IMG/VR virus record: IMGVR_UViG_3300045391_006539 | Strand: one strand, 5' to 3' | Length of the DNA stretch: 64,000 bases | Origin: a virus | Lineage: Duplodnaviria > Caudoviricetes | In this document: in pieces, positions 37,687 to 48,500 of the stretch | Numbering within the stretch: the first letter of the stretch is position 1 | Layout: every line of letters starts with the position of its first letter | The notes under the pieces: model-generated | The model's input: the letters and a program-made list of their open reading frames with translations, nothing else | Told to the model about the DNA's origin: nothing | The model's database searches: none | Program-made: the position numbers and the translations under genes

Positions 37687-37889
37687 GGGGCTAAGAGAAG
37701 ACCGCCCAAAGACGGACTACCCGACACGCACCGGTTTGGCATTGGTGGGCCGCGAAGCTTACGTTAGCCGCCCCGTGGTTGTGTGCGTGTCGAGTAGCCC
37801 GTCTTCGGACGGTGGATGAGCCCCTCGAGAGGAGCGTGCTGCCCGCGGAGGGGGTTCGCGAACAGCAGCCCCACTCGAAGGGCTCATCC
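37687..37889 (-). ncRNA. Putative structured RNA: two long hairpins ending in a TCTTAGCCCC terminator-like tail
   Basis: 31-bp stem 37701-37731/37783-37813 whose four mismatches are all G-U on (-); second ~30-bp stem 37814-37889. Confidence 0.55.
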
Positions 37890-37898
37890 CGGTTTCTG

Positions 37899-38342
37899 TC
37901 AGTTGCTGTTGAGGTAGTTCGCAGCCTTGACGAGGCTGTGTTGACTATGCACGGCGCGTGCCATTGCAGTGACCTCGGGTTCGGTCCGCAGTGCCTGGAC
38001 TGTCTTCTCGAGTATTTCGGACACGTCGTTGTAGCGGGTGTCCTTGGTGACCTCCGCGATGGCCAAGGCCCAGACGATGCCCCACTCTGAGGTCTTCTCG
38101 AAGGCGTGCTCGGTGCCGAGGTATCCGAGCAGACCGTGCTTGGCCTGCTCCTTCATTGACCAGAAGGCCATGTCATTGAACGTACCGATGATTTTCTGCA
38201 CGCGCTGCATGTTCCCATCATCATCTGTCACCCGAGTGAGCATCATGCTCTCGGCGGCTCCGGTGATGAGTAGGGTGGCACCCGTGGTAACCGAGGAGGC
38301 AATACCGGCGGCGCGGTCGAGAACCTTGAGGAACTTCTTCAT
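37899..38342 (-). CDS. Hypothetical protein
   Basis: 147 aa helical protein, last gene of the (-) island. Confidence 0.6.
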   Translation of the reverse strand: MKKFLKVLDRAAGIASSVTTGATLLITGAAESMMLTRVTDDDGNMQRVQKIIGTFNDMAFWSMKEQAKHGLLGYLGTEHAFEKTSEWGIVWALAIAEVTKDTRYNDVSEILEKTVQALRTEPEVTAMARAVHSQHSLVKAANYLNSN

Positions 38343-38395
38343 AGCGGTCTATTCACGTGCGGAGATGTGATGCACGTGCCTTTCTTCCATAGTTG

Positions 38396-39706
38396 TTATT
38401 CCTCAAAATCGTCAGAAATTGCGGCACTCTGCAGATTGCGTAGAACTTCATACCGCTTCTGCACGTTGCGGTCGTTGGACGTGAGAATCTGAATGCCCCA
38501 GTCGCAGGGTCGGCGTGTCCAAGGTCCTGGGGCGAGTAGCCACACGAACTCGGTGCCGCGTGGCTTGTGAGTAGGCGCGACGCCGTCTCCATCCGTCGAG
38601 TAGAAGATGATGTCGGGTTTGGGTCTGGAAGACATCACCCGTTCGATGGCTGGGATGAAGTTCGTACCACTCCGACCCACGACGGGCAAGGTGAAGAGCT
38701 CGCGCACACCGATGCGGATGGGTTCTCTCTTTACACTGGCGTCACAGGCGAGGTACCAGACCTCCGAGAATCCGAGCTGCATCATGGCGTGAGCGAACTC
38801 GTAGCGGTTCTCCCGGAGCTGTGGGCTACCCATCGAACCACTCGAATCTTCTATGAAGTAGACGACGGGTTCGTAGGTGATGAGGCCGGGTCGGAGAAGG
38901 CCGATGGCGTAGCTGCGCCGGGAGGGTCGGCGGAGCGAGTAGTCGCTTTGCCCCGAGCGCACACGACCGCAGGCATCCCCCAGCACCATGGGCACGACTT
39001 GTTGCCAGGGGACGACCGCTTCTTCGGTACCATCGAACCGGAGGAGTTCCTCCATGAAGGCCGGCATATTGCCCCGCCCGAAAGCGCCGCTCTTGGCAGC
39101 CTCTCTGAGGGCTTGCTTGCCGGCTTGTTTGAAGTACTGGACCTCCGATTCGCTGCGACCCTGTTCCTTCGTCTTCTGTTCGGAGGGTGATGGCTTTCCA
39201 CCCGAGCAGGTGCCGCAGCGTCCAGAGCCCACTGACAGAGCCTTGGGTCGCTTGTCGGGAGGCAGATTCTTCAGGAGCTCGTAGTACTTCTCTCCAGTGA
39301 GTCCCTTGGGGAAGCCGTAGTTCTTGCTAAAGAGTCCCTCTGGCGGCAGCTTGACGCCGAGGGAGTCGAGCATGTCGTTGATGGGGAAGTCGAAGGCGCA
39401 GGCCAAGAGCTCCCACTCGCTTTGAGGAAAGCTGACGATGCGCGGCAGATGGTCGTTCAGAATGTGCAACGCCTCGTGTATGAGTAGACCACTCGCCACT
39501 TCTACATCCCACTGTGAATACCAGTGGTAATCGATGCCGAGGAGCATCTTGTCCGTGACGAATAGCGTTTGGATGGCCTGGACGTTCTCGGGGACGAGGC
39601 CGAGTACGGTCACGTAGAAGTAGGGGAACTTGGATTTGATGTGGAGACGGGCCTGCTGCAAGCGGATGATGCCCGCACCGATACTCTGTAGCTCAGTCTT
39701 GGACAT
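38396..39706 (-). CDS. DUF2201-type metallopeptidase + vWA domain protein
   Basis: LIHEALH, D..IN, GLTGEKYY.LL, EDSSGSM, GTNF, STDGDG. Confidence 0.85.
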   Translation of the reverse strand: MSKTELQSIGAGIIRLQQARLHIKSKFPYFYVTVLGLVPENVQAIQTLFVTDKMLLGIDYHWYSQWDVEVASGLLIHEALHILNDHLPRIVSFPQSEWELLACAFDFPINDMLDSLGVKLPPEGLFSKNYGFPKGLTGEKYYELLKNLPPDKRPKALSVGSGRCGTCSGGKPSPSEQKTKEQGRSESEVQYFKQAGKQALREAAKSGAFGRGNMPAFMEELLRFDGTEEAVVPWQQVVPMVLGDACGRVRSGQSDYSLRRPSRRSYAIGLLRPGLITYEPVVYFIEDSSGSMGSPQLRENRYEFAHAMMQLGFSEVWYLACDASVKREPIRIGVRELFTLPVVGRSGTNFIPAIERVMSSRPKPDIIFYSTDGDGVAPTHKPRGTEFVWLLAPGPWTRRPCDWGIQILTSNDRNVQKRYEVLRNLQSAAISDDFEE

Positions 39707-40961
39707 AGTCAGTGATGTTATTGTCCGCCATCCAGCGGTATACGGGGTCTGCGAAGATGCGAATCGCTGGGCTCACGCTCCGACCGAGGTTCTTGCTGAG
39801 CAGGGTTCGTGCACCAGAGACGATGACGTCGCCCATGTCGGCTTGGATAAAGTTGCTGAAAATGCTCCAGGCGCGAGCGGCCATGTCGATGGCCACCTGT
39901 CGGTCGGGGATGCTGGCAACGTACTCCGTCACGCTCGTGAGGACGGCGTAGCCGACATCCATGCGGTGATTGTTGGGCTGGAAACCTTTCTCGAGGACCT
40001 CCTCGGGTCTCGGCAGGTCGGCATTGCGCAGCCAGGTGAGCATGTCGAATGCAGCTCCCTCACCCACGCAGCCCTCTATCATGAGCTGCCCGATGGCCTC
40101 GGAATGACCGAGCGCATCTGCGGTGGCCTTGAGGCGCCCGGCGAGTCTCCAAGTACGGTGTGAGGGCCAGTTGTACCCCGATTGCGGGTGGTCCGTCGAT
40201 GGTTCCATGTGTAGTGTCATGCCCTGCCGATACTCGTGGTAGCCCGTCAGCATGGCTTTGGCGTGAGCATAGGTCGAGCTCCAGCGGGAGCGAACGATGT
40301 CTTCTCCCTTGGCGGCGTCGAATTTGGGTGTCGCCCGCTCGCTCGCCATGAAGGCAATCCAATCTCGGTGGGGTGGCGGCTTCACCTGGAGGTGGCAGTA
40401 GCGGTTGGCCGTTGCCGGTGATAGGTGGAAACCACTGGTCGACCACTTGGGTGGGTTGGCTGCAGCCAGGATGCGAATGCCGGGAGCAAGGCGGGTATCC
40501 CCAACGACTCGGTCTTGGATGAAGCCGAGCATGGCTCCTTCCGTTGCTCGAGTCGCGTTGTTGGCCTCGTCGAGGAAGATGACGCCTCGACCCTGTGGGT
40601 TGAGCCAGCGCACGGCGGCGAGCATGCACTCGATGGTGGGCCCATTCAAGCCAGGCATGAGCACGCCTGCAAAATCTTCGGGTTGGCGCTGGCCTGGGTA
40701 GATGGGTGCGTAGGGCAGCATGCATTCGATGCACGCCTGTTTGACCTTGTCGCTCTTGGCCGTAGAGGGTAGACCCCAGTAGAAGACGGGAGCGCCCCAA
40801 ATGCAGTCGGGTTCGAAGGGGTCTCCCATGGGAGTCATGATGGCGACGTGCGCCGTGACGTGCATGACGTTGGTGGCATCCGGCACGTTCGCATCTTCGA
40901 TGCCGACGTGCATGGTGCTGCCTTTGGAATGGTCGAATACGTGCTTTTTCTGGTCAGGCAT
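39693..40961 (-). CDS. MoxR-type AAA+ ATPase
   Basis: WGLPSTAKS, IFLDEAN, AAANPP, ANRY, PSHRTW; adjacent to DUF2201. Confidence 0.85.
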   Translation of the reverse strand: MPDQKKHVFDHSKGSTMHVGIEDANVPDATNVMHVTAHVAIMTPMGDPFEPDCIWGAPVFYWGLPSTAKSDKVKQACIECMLPYAPIYPGQRQPEDFAGVLMPGLNGPTIECMLAAVRWLNPQGRGVIFLDEANNATRATEGAMLGFIQDRVVGDTRLAPGIRILAAANPPKWSTSGFHLSPATANRYCHLQVKPPPHRDWIAFMASERATPKFDAAKGEDIVRSRWSSTYAHAKAMLTGYHEYRQGMTLHMEPSTDHPQSGYNWPSHRTWRLAGRLKATADALGHSEAIGQLMIEGCVGEGAAFDMLTWLRNADLPRPEEVLEKGFQPNNHRMDVGYAVLTSVTEYVASIPDRQVAIDMAARAWSIFSNFIQADMGDVIVSGARTLLSKNLGRSVSPAIRIFADPVYRWMADNNITDYVQD

Positions 40962-40976
40962 AGACTTTGGTTGTAT

Positions 40977-40999
40977 GGAGCCAGCACGCTGCTGGCTCC
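40977..40999. other. Perfect 10-bp hairpin upstream of MoxR
   Basis: GGAGCCAGCA-CGC-TGCTGGCTCC. Confidence 0.5.
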
Positions 41000-41035
41000 G
41001 TGGTTATCTCTGCTTCTCTGAAGAATTGCTAGACC

Positions 41036-41629
41036 TCACCCGGACTCTTTCCGAGTGCAGCTTCCGGGGCAGCCGCTTCTCCAACATCTAGCGTAAGTTC
41101 CGTCCTTACATTCCTCTCCATGACAGACGCCGTCTGCCCAGACTTCTTGTATGTCCGTGTTCAAGTCCATGATGCACGAGATGCAGAAGTACGTCGGGTT
41201 GGGGTCACAGATTTCGAACCTGTCACCTGGTTCACTGACATCTGGATTCCTACTGGAACGATGAATCTCTCCGAATGGGGCGACGCACATCGTCTCGCCC
41301 GGTAGGATGCCGCTCTTGCAATATTTGCAGTACACGATGGCGCCATGCACGTTCACTGGTACTCGGTTCTCCGAGTAGACATAAAAGCGCTCTTCGATTT
41401 CATTCCAATTCTTCACATGGATGAAGGCTGGTTCGTATAGGTAATCGTCCTCATTTTCCGTCTTGATGTCGAAGAACGTCAGCCGACCATTGACGATGAA
41501 CGGTCTGACCATGAACATGCAAACGCAGCCATCCATGTATGGGATGGGTTCTCCATCACACGCGCAGAGGACGTTACTTTCCATGACCCAATCGCTGTTC
41601 TCCCAGTCGTCTTCTCCATAACTTTTCAT
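41036..41629 (-). CDS. Cys-rich acidic hypothetical protein
   Basis: Multiple CxC/CxxC motifs; GAGGT RBS. Confidence 0.65.
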   Translation of the reverse strand: MKSYGEDDWENSDWVMESNVLCACDGEPIPYMDGCVCMFMVRPFIVNGRLTFFDIKTENEDDYLYEPAFIHVKNWNEIEERFYVYSENRVPVNVHGAIVYCKYCKSGILPGETMCVAPFGEIHRSSRNPDVSEPGDRFEICDPNPTYFCISCIMDLNTDIQEVWADGVCHGEECKDGTYARCWRSGCPGSCTRKESG

Positions 41630-42211
41630 CTACAACCTCTCCCAGATGAGCGGTGTTCGCTCGACCCGAGTCCAGCGCCGGTGCACTGTCTCGAGTCGTG
41701 GGTCTGGGGTCAGGTAGGAATCTGGGTCCCAGTCCCAGAGCAATGTGTCTAGTTGTTCGACGTCTTGTCGGAAATCGATGTGCAACCGTCGAGTGAGCTC
41801 GAGTCCTTGCGGCAAGACTCCTGGGTAGTCTCGTCGTGCGATGCACTCGCGTTCGAACAAGTCGTCACGCAGGTCTTCATCATCGCAGCACAGTCCATAC
41901 CAATCAGGGTCGGTGGGTCCGACGTAATCCTGGCCGAGCCATTTGCAGTATTGACCGGGCTTGGCCATGCCGAGCAAGACCTCGAGGTCTCGCTGATTGA
42001 CGAACGTGATGAAGCCTTTCGAGTCCGTGAGCTTCGCCCGGACGCCGCCGAGAAGGCGTCCGGGAACGGGTGCGAGCACCCATTGCACGTACCAAGGTCT
42101 GTCTGGTTCTAGTGGGTCGCGGATGGCGACACCGGGCAGTCCGATGGGGTCTTCGAGAAACCTCGTTCCCTCGATGAGCTTGAGACTATGCGGCGTTGGG
42201 TTGACGAGCAT
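41630..42211 (-). CDS. Hypothetical protein
   Basis: GGAG RBS; 193 aa. Confidence 0.7.
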   Translation of the reverse strand: MLVNPTPHSLKLIEGTRFLEDPIGLPGVAIRDPLEPDRPWYVQWVLAPVPGRLLGGVRAKLTDSKGFITFVNQRDLEVLLGMAKPGQYCKWLGQDYVGPTDPDWYGLCCDDEDLRDDLFERECIARRDYPGVLPQGLELTRRLHIDFRQDVEQLDTLLWDWDPDSYLTPDPRLETVHRRWTRVERTPLIWERL

Positions 42212-42311
42212 TGGCGTTTCTCCAACTCTCTCTGGTCAATACCTCTCGGCACCAGAAGAGAAGCCCACAACATATGCCGTAGAAAAAGCCGAGACAGAGC
42301 ACTCCAAACAA
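42186..42311 (-). CDS. Possible small membrane peptide (41 aa)
   Basis: TTG after GAGGAGG; MFGVLCLGFFYGICCGLLFWC hydrophobic helix. Confidence 0.3.
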   Translation of the reverse strand: MFGVLCLGFFYGICCGLLFWCREVLTRESWRNANARQPNAA

Positions 42312-42315
42312 TGTC

Positions 42316-42426
42316 TTAATCCTCCTCGTCCTCCTCTGTTATGCCGTCTATTCCCAGCATTTCATCTATGTCTGCTTCGAATGCCTGACCTGAATTGTCG
42401 TATCCCTCTTCATCGGTATCTTTCAT
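42316..42426 (-). CDS. 36-aa highly acidic peptide
   Basis: GGAGG RBS and promoter motif upstream; MKDTDEEGYDNSGQAFEADIDEMLGIDGITEEDEED. Confidence 0.5.
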   Translation of the reverse strand: MKDTDEEGYDNSGQAFEADIDEMLGIDGITEEDEED

Positions 42427-42441
42427 TAGTCCTCCGATGTA

Positions 42442-42449
42442 GTTATTCC
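42442..42449 (-). promoter_or_regulatory. Candidate phage promoter GGAATAAC
   Basis: Heads the (-) island, divergent from the RNAP gene. Confidence 0.5.
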
Positions 42450-42512
42450 CGAATCAGGCCTCTTCCTTGCTGATGCAGAAGGCCGTGGGTTACCCTGGTG
42501 CGCGAGTCATCC

Positions 42513-45500
42513 ATGGCGTACCTAGACCATCAAGAAGCGTACGAGGACTTCAAGCAGTCGGTGCTCGAGGGCATCCGCAGCCACTTCCCAGTGACGGGAA
42601 GTCAGCAGAGCGTCGAGCTCAAGAACCTCGAGGTCAAGGACCTCGAGCCGGGCTCCGACGACATCCGTGGACAGCACGCGGCCAAGGTCCAGGGTGGTAG
42701 CTGGTCGAGTCCCGTCTACGCCACGCTGGTGATGAAGAACAAGGCCGGCGCGGTGGTGCAGGAGAAGACGATGCGCATCGCCGAGATTCCGCGTGTCACC
42801 AGACGCTACAGCTACATCGTCGATGGCAATGAGTATCAGGTCGACTCACAGTGGCAGCTCAAGAGCGGCGTCTACGCCCGCCGGCGTGAGAATGGCGAGC
42901 TCGAGAGCCGCTTCAACACGCCCAACAAGGGCGAGTTCAAAATCATCTTCGACCCGACGACGAAGCAGTTCAACATGCACCGGGGCAAGGCCGAGACCAT
43001 CGCGGTCTATCCGCTCATGAAGGCCATGGGCATCGATGACGATGCTCTGGAGAAGAGCTGGGGTAAGGAGGTACTCGCTGCCAACAAGAACGCTCGTGGC
43101 ATGGCGGGCGCGCTCACGAAGTTCTACAAGGCAGACCGCCGGGGTGACCCTGCCGACCACGCCGAGGCACTCAAGTACTTCCAGCAGACGATGGCAGACA
43201 GCCAGCTCGACTCGGCCGTGACGAAGACCACGCTCGGCAAGTCCTTCAGCAGCGTCGAGGGTGACACCTTGCTGCGAGCGACGGACAAGCTCATCAAGGT
43301 CCAGGGTGGCGCTCCCGAGGACGACCGGGACAGCCTCGAGTTCAAGAAGCTCCGTACGACTGGGGACTACGCCTACGACCGTCTCACGGACTGGATGACG
43401 AAGCGCTCCATTGGTGCACGCATGGCGCGTCAGGTGAACAAGGCGACCGACATCCGTCAGGTCGTCAAGTTCAACATGCTGAACGACCCTATCAAGAAGA
43501 CCTTCAAGACCAACTCGGCGAGTCGTCAGGCGAGTCAAATCAATCCGCTCGAGATGGCCGCTGCAGCCCAACAGACTACCATCATGGGGCCCGGCGGCAT
43601 TCAGAACACGCGCGTCATCGACAACACCATCAGCCTCAAGCTGGTGAATCCGAGCCACCTCGGTTTCCTCGACCCCGTCAAGACCCCGGAGAACGAGAAG
43701 ACTGGTATCATCCTGCGTCTGCCTACGGGCGTGAAGAAGGTCGACGGCGAGGCGAAGGTACCTCTCTACAACATCAAGACGGGCAAAATCGACTACCTCG
43801 GTCCGACGGAGTTCGGGCAGCAAAACGTGGTGCTCCCCGACCAGGTCACTTGGGAGAATGGCAAGCCCAATCCCATCTCCAGTGCCGTGAAAGCGAGTAC
43901 CATCGGCAACAAGCTCGGCGAGGTCAAGTTCAAGGACGCGCAGTACGTGATGCGCCACCCGTCTCAGCTCTTCAGCCTGACGACGAACCTCATCCCGTTT
44001 CTCGGCAGCAATTCTGGTAACCGTGCGACGTACGCTGGCGGTCAGATGGAGCAGGCGGTGAGTCTCAAGCACCGCGATGCGCCTCTCGTGCAGGTGGGCA
44101 CGGGCGTCAAAGACCCACACATCGATAGCTTCGAGGGCATCATGGGTCGACAGGCAGGGCACGTGTCCCTGCACTCGGGCGAGGTCGTCAAGGTGAGTAA
44201 GGATGCCGTCGCCGTCAAGATGGCCAATGGCAAGCTGCATGAGGTCCAGCTCTACGACAACTTCCCACTCAACGACCCGAAGAGCATGCTCTACTCGACG
44301 CCGACCGTGAAGGTGGGTGACAAGGTCAAAGCGGGTGACTCCGTTGCAGATACCAATTTTACGAAGGGTGGGCGCCTCGCGCTCGGCACCAACCTACGTG
44401 TGGCTTACATTCCCTACAAGGGCTACAACTTCGAGGATGGCGTCGTCATCAGCAAGAGCGCGTCCGAGAAGCTCACGAGCGAGCATCTCTACAAGGAGAG
44501 CACCCGTATCACGGATGAGACCGTTCGTGATGTGAAGAAGTTCCGTATTCAACATGCAGGCGCATTCGACGACAAGCAATACGACAAGCTCGACGACAAA
44601 GGTGTGGTCAAGATAGGCACCAAGGTTTTGCCGGGAGACCCGCTCGTGCTCGGCATGACGCCGTATAAAATCAAGGACCGCATGGGCATCGCTGCCGTAC
44701 GCAAGAGTCTGTCGGGACAGCACACCGACACGAGCCTGCGCTGGAAGAGCGACTACGCCGGTGAGGTGGTGGCCGTCCACGAGAAACCGGATGGTACGGT
44801 CGCCGTGCACGTGCGAACCGAGGAGCCCATGCAGGTCGGTGACAAGATTGCCGGCCGTTATGGCAACAAGGGCATCGTCACTCAGGTCATCGACGACGAC
44901 AAGATGCCGAAGACCAAGGATGGTAAGCACATCGAGGTCGCGCTCAACCCGAGCGGTGTACCAGGGCGCATGAACATCGGCCAGGTGCTGGAGACGGCTG
45001 CGGCGAAGATAGCGCTGAAGACGGGCAAACCCTACATCGTCAACAACTTCGACGGCTCGAGCGCCGTGGAGAAGGTGAAGAAGGAGCTCGAGAAGCACGG
45101 CCTCTCCGACCAGGAGGAACTCATCGACCCGGAGACGGGCCATTCCCTGGGCAAGGCACTGGTCGGCCCTCAGCACATGCTCAAGCTCGTGCACCAGGTG
45201 GACAAGAAGGTCTCGGTCCGTTCGGGTATGGCACCCCTCGAAGGGTCTGGGGAGACCGTCGAGAAGTACGACAGCAACCTCATCCCGAGTGGCACGGGCA
45301 AGGTCGGCGCCCAGTCCATCGGACACAACGGTCTCTACACCCTGCTCGCCCACGGCGCCAAGGCCAACATCCGCGAGATGCAGACCTGGAAGAGCGAGGG
45401 CCCCGACAAGGAGACCAACCTCGCCAAGAAATGGCCGAGTCAACACATCCAAGTCTGGGGTGCCATCCAGAGTGGTGAGTCGCTGCCGACCCCAACGCCC

Positions 45501-48500
45501 ACCTTCAGCTTCCACAAGTTCGGCGAGCTGCTCCGCGGTGCTGGCATCAACATGGAGAAGCAGGGCAACCAGCTCAAGCTCCTGCCCTTCACTGACAAGC
45601 AGACCCTCGCGCTCTCGAATGGCGAATTCAAGAAGCCGCACATGCTGACGGACGCCCGTCTCGACGACAAGGGTGAGCTCCGACCGTACTCGGGTGGTCT
45701 CTTCGACCCGCGCATCACGGGCGGCCATGGGGGCAGGGGCTGGGGTCACATCACTTTGCCCGAGCCGGTGCCCAACCCAGTCTTCGAGGGTGCCATCCGC
45801 AAGCTCACGGGTCTCTCCCAGAAGGACTACGATGACCTCGCTGGCGGCATGCGTGCGCTCGGGAAGAGCGGCAAGTTGGTCGAGCTCAATACGCCAGGCT
45901 CGGTCACTGGTGGTACAGCACTCAAGCAGATGCTCGACGACATCGACCCGAAGAAGGAGCTCGCCAAGGCGGAGAAGGAGCTCGCGGGCATGAAGCTCAC
46001 GAGCAGCATTGCGCATGGCGCTTCGACCCAGAAGGTCGATGCGCTCGTGAAGAAAATCAAATACCTGCGTACGCTCGACCAGGTTGGCATGAAGCCGAGC
46101 GAGGCGTACATCATCAAGCACTTGCCCGTCATCCCGCCGGCACTACGTCCGCCGGCGCTCATGAACGGCGACGTCAAGTGGGACGACCTCAACGGGCTCT
46201 ACCAGAACCTCGGGCAGCTGGTCACGCGCATGAAGGACCCGACGCTCGAGAAGAGCCTGACCGACAAGGGCAAGATGGAGCTCCGGAGCGACATCTACGA
46301 TGGCGTCAAGGCCATCATGGGTCTCGATAAGCTCACGGATGACAAGCAGAAGAAGGGCATCCTCCACCAGATTGCCAACAACGGCAATCAACCGAAGCAT
46401 GGCTTCTTCCAGGCGACGCTCATGAAGCGCAAGCAGGACCTGACCATGCGCTCGACCATCATCCCGGAGCCGTCGCTGGGTCTGGACGAGATTGGTCTGC
46501 CCAGGGACAAGGCCCTGTCTCTCTACAAGCCGTTCGTGGTGCGGAAGTTGGTGGAGATGGGCGCCGCGCGTAGTCCCCTGTCTGCCCAGCAGCTCATCGC
46601 CGACAAGGACAAGAGCGTCTACCGAGCGCTCGAGCTCGCGACGTCCGAGCGGCCCGTGCTCATCAAGCGCGACCCGGCGCTGCACAAGCACAGCGTCCAG
46701 GCCTTCAAGCCACGGCTGGTGCAGGGCATCGCCGTGCGCATCCACCCGCTCACTACTAGCGGCTTCAACGCCGACTTCGATGGTGACACCATGAGTGCCT
46801 ACGTGCCCATCAGCGATGAGGCCGTGAAGGAAGCCCGGGACATGTTCCCGAGCAACAATCTCTACAATGAAGCAACGGGCAAGGTCATCTACAAGCCCAC
46901 GCTCGAGGGTGCACTGGGTCTGTTCAAGCTCTCCCGCGTCACCGGCGACAGTGGCAAGAGCTATACCAGCATGGCCGAGGCCCTCAAGGCCGTGAAGGGC
47001 GGGGGTCTACCCATTGACAAGACCATCACCGTCGCCGGTCAGAAGACGACGCCGGGACGCCTGCTCATCGCCAGCGCTCTGCCCCAGCAGATGCAGAAGA
47101 AGTACATGAACGCAGACCCCAAGATGCTGGTCGATGGCAAGGGTCTCGATGCGCTCTTCGACGAGCTCGCCAAGAACCACAAGGCCGAGTTCGGCGTGGC
47201 GGCGAACCGTCTCAAGGACCTGGGCAACGGCGCGGCCTACGGCTCCATCATGGTGTCGAACTCGGGCAATGATGGACCGCGCGCCATTGCTGCCGCCGAG
47301 GGTCACACCAAGCGCGAGTTCATCCCCATACCCACGCACTCGCTCAGTCTCGACGACTTCATGGTCGACAAGGGTCTACGCCAGAAGCACGTCTCTTCAG
47401 CCCAGCGCCAGGTGGACTCCATTCAGAAGTCTCGTATGACCCCGGCGGAGAAGGAACGCAAGACCGTGGGGGTCTGGCAGAAGATGATGACGGACCTGAC
47501 TTCCGAGCATCTCGCCAAGCACGAGAAAGACCCGAGCAACCTCGCGCTCATGGTGCAGGCAGACGTCAAGCCCAGCAAGACACAGTACCGACAGATGGTG
47601 CTCGCTCCCGGCATCCTCGAAGATGCGGCGGGCAAGCCCATCGCCATCCCCGTCATCAAGAGCTACGCCGAGGGTCTCGACCTCGCGGGCTACTGGATTC
47701 AGTCGAGTGGTGCACGTGGCGGCACCATCAAAAAAGTGCAAGAGGTCAGAGACCCTGGTGCATTTAGCAAACAGCTGATGCAGACCACCATGGGCTCGGC
47801 GCTCGTGGCTGAGGAAGATTGCGGCACCCAGCGTGGTGTGAGCATGAGTGTGGGGCACCGTGACGTACACGACCGGGTGCTCGCGGCAGATTTCAACGCC
47901 AAGGGTATGACGATTCCAAAAGGGACCGTCCTATCTCCCGACGTCGTCGCGAAGATTCGTGCGCTCGATAAAGACTCGAGCGTCCTCGTCCGTTCGACCC
48001 TGAAGTGCGAACACGAGAAAGGCGTGTGTCAGAAGTGTGCGGGGGTCAGTCCGAATGGCGGCTTCTACCGCATTGGTACAAACCTCGGCGTCATTGCGGC
48101 GCAGGCGCTCGGCGAGCGCAGCATCCAGCTCACGCTCAAGGCATTTCACTCGGGTGGTGTGAGCACGGGTGGCAGTGGGACCATGAACAGCTTCAAGCGC
48201 GTCGAGGACCTGACCAATCTACCCTCGACCATCGCCGACTCGGCGACGCTCGCCATGCAAGGAGGGACTATCGAGAAGCTGGAGAGCGACGCGACGGGCA
48301 CCAAGGTCTGGATTGGTGGCAAGGCACACCACATCGGCAAGGACCGTGCGGGTCAGCTCCTCAGCAAGCCACTGGCTGGTGTGAACACCAGTTGGTCACC
48401 GCCCAAGGTGGGCATGAAGGTCGAGGCGGGGCAAGTCCTCAGCGACCCGACTCGCTCCTTCGTCAACCCTCACGACCTCTACAAGGCCACCGGCAGCATG

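Noticed and set aside
37687-37889. tRNA or tmRNA
   Set aside because: No cloverleaf, T-loop or CCA arrangement
38349-38390. 13-codon ORF after the 38395 promoter-like motif
   Set aside because: Too short to support; that motif copy also coincides with a GAA-TAA gene end, so it may be incidental
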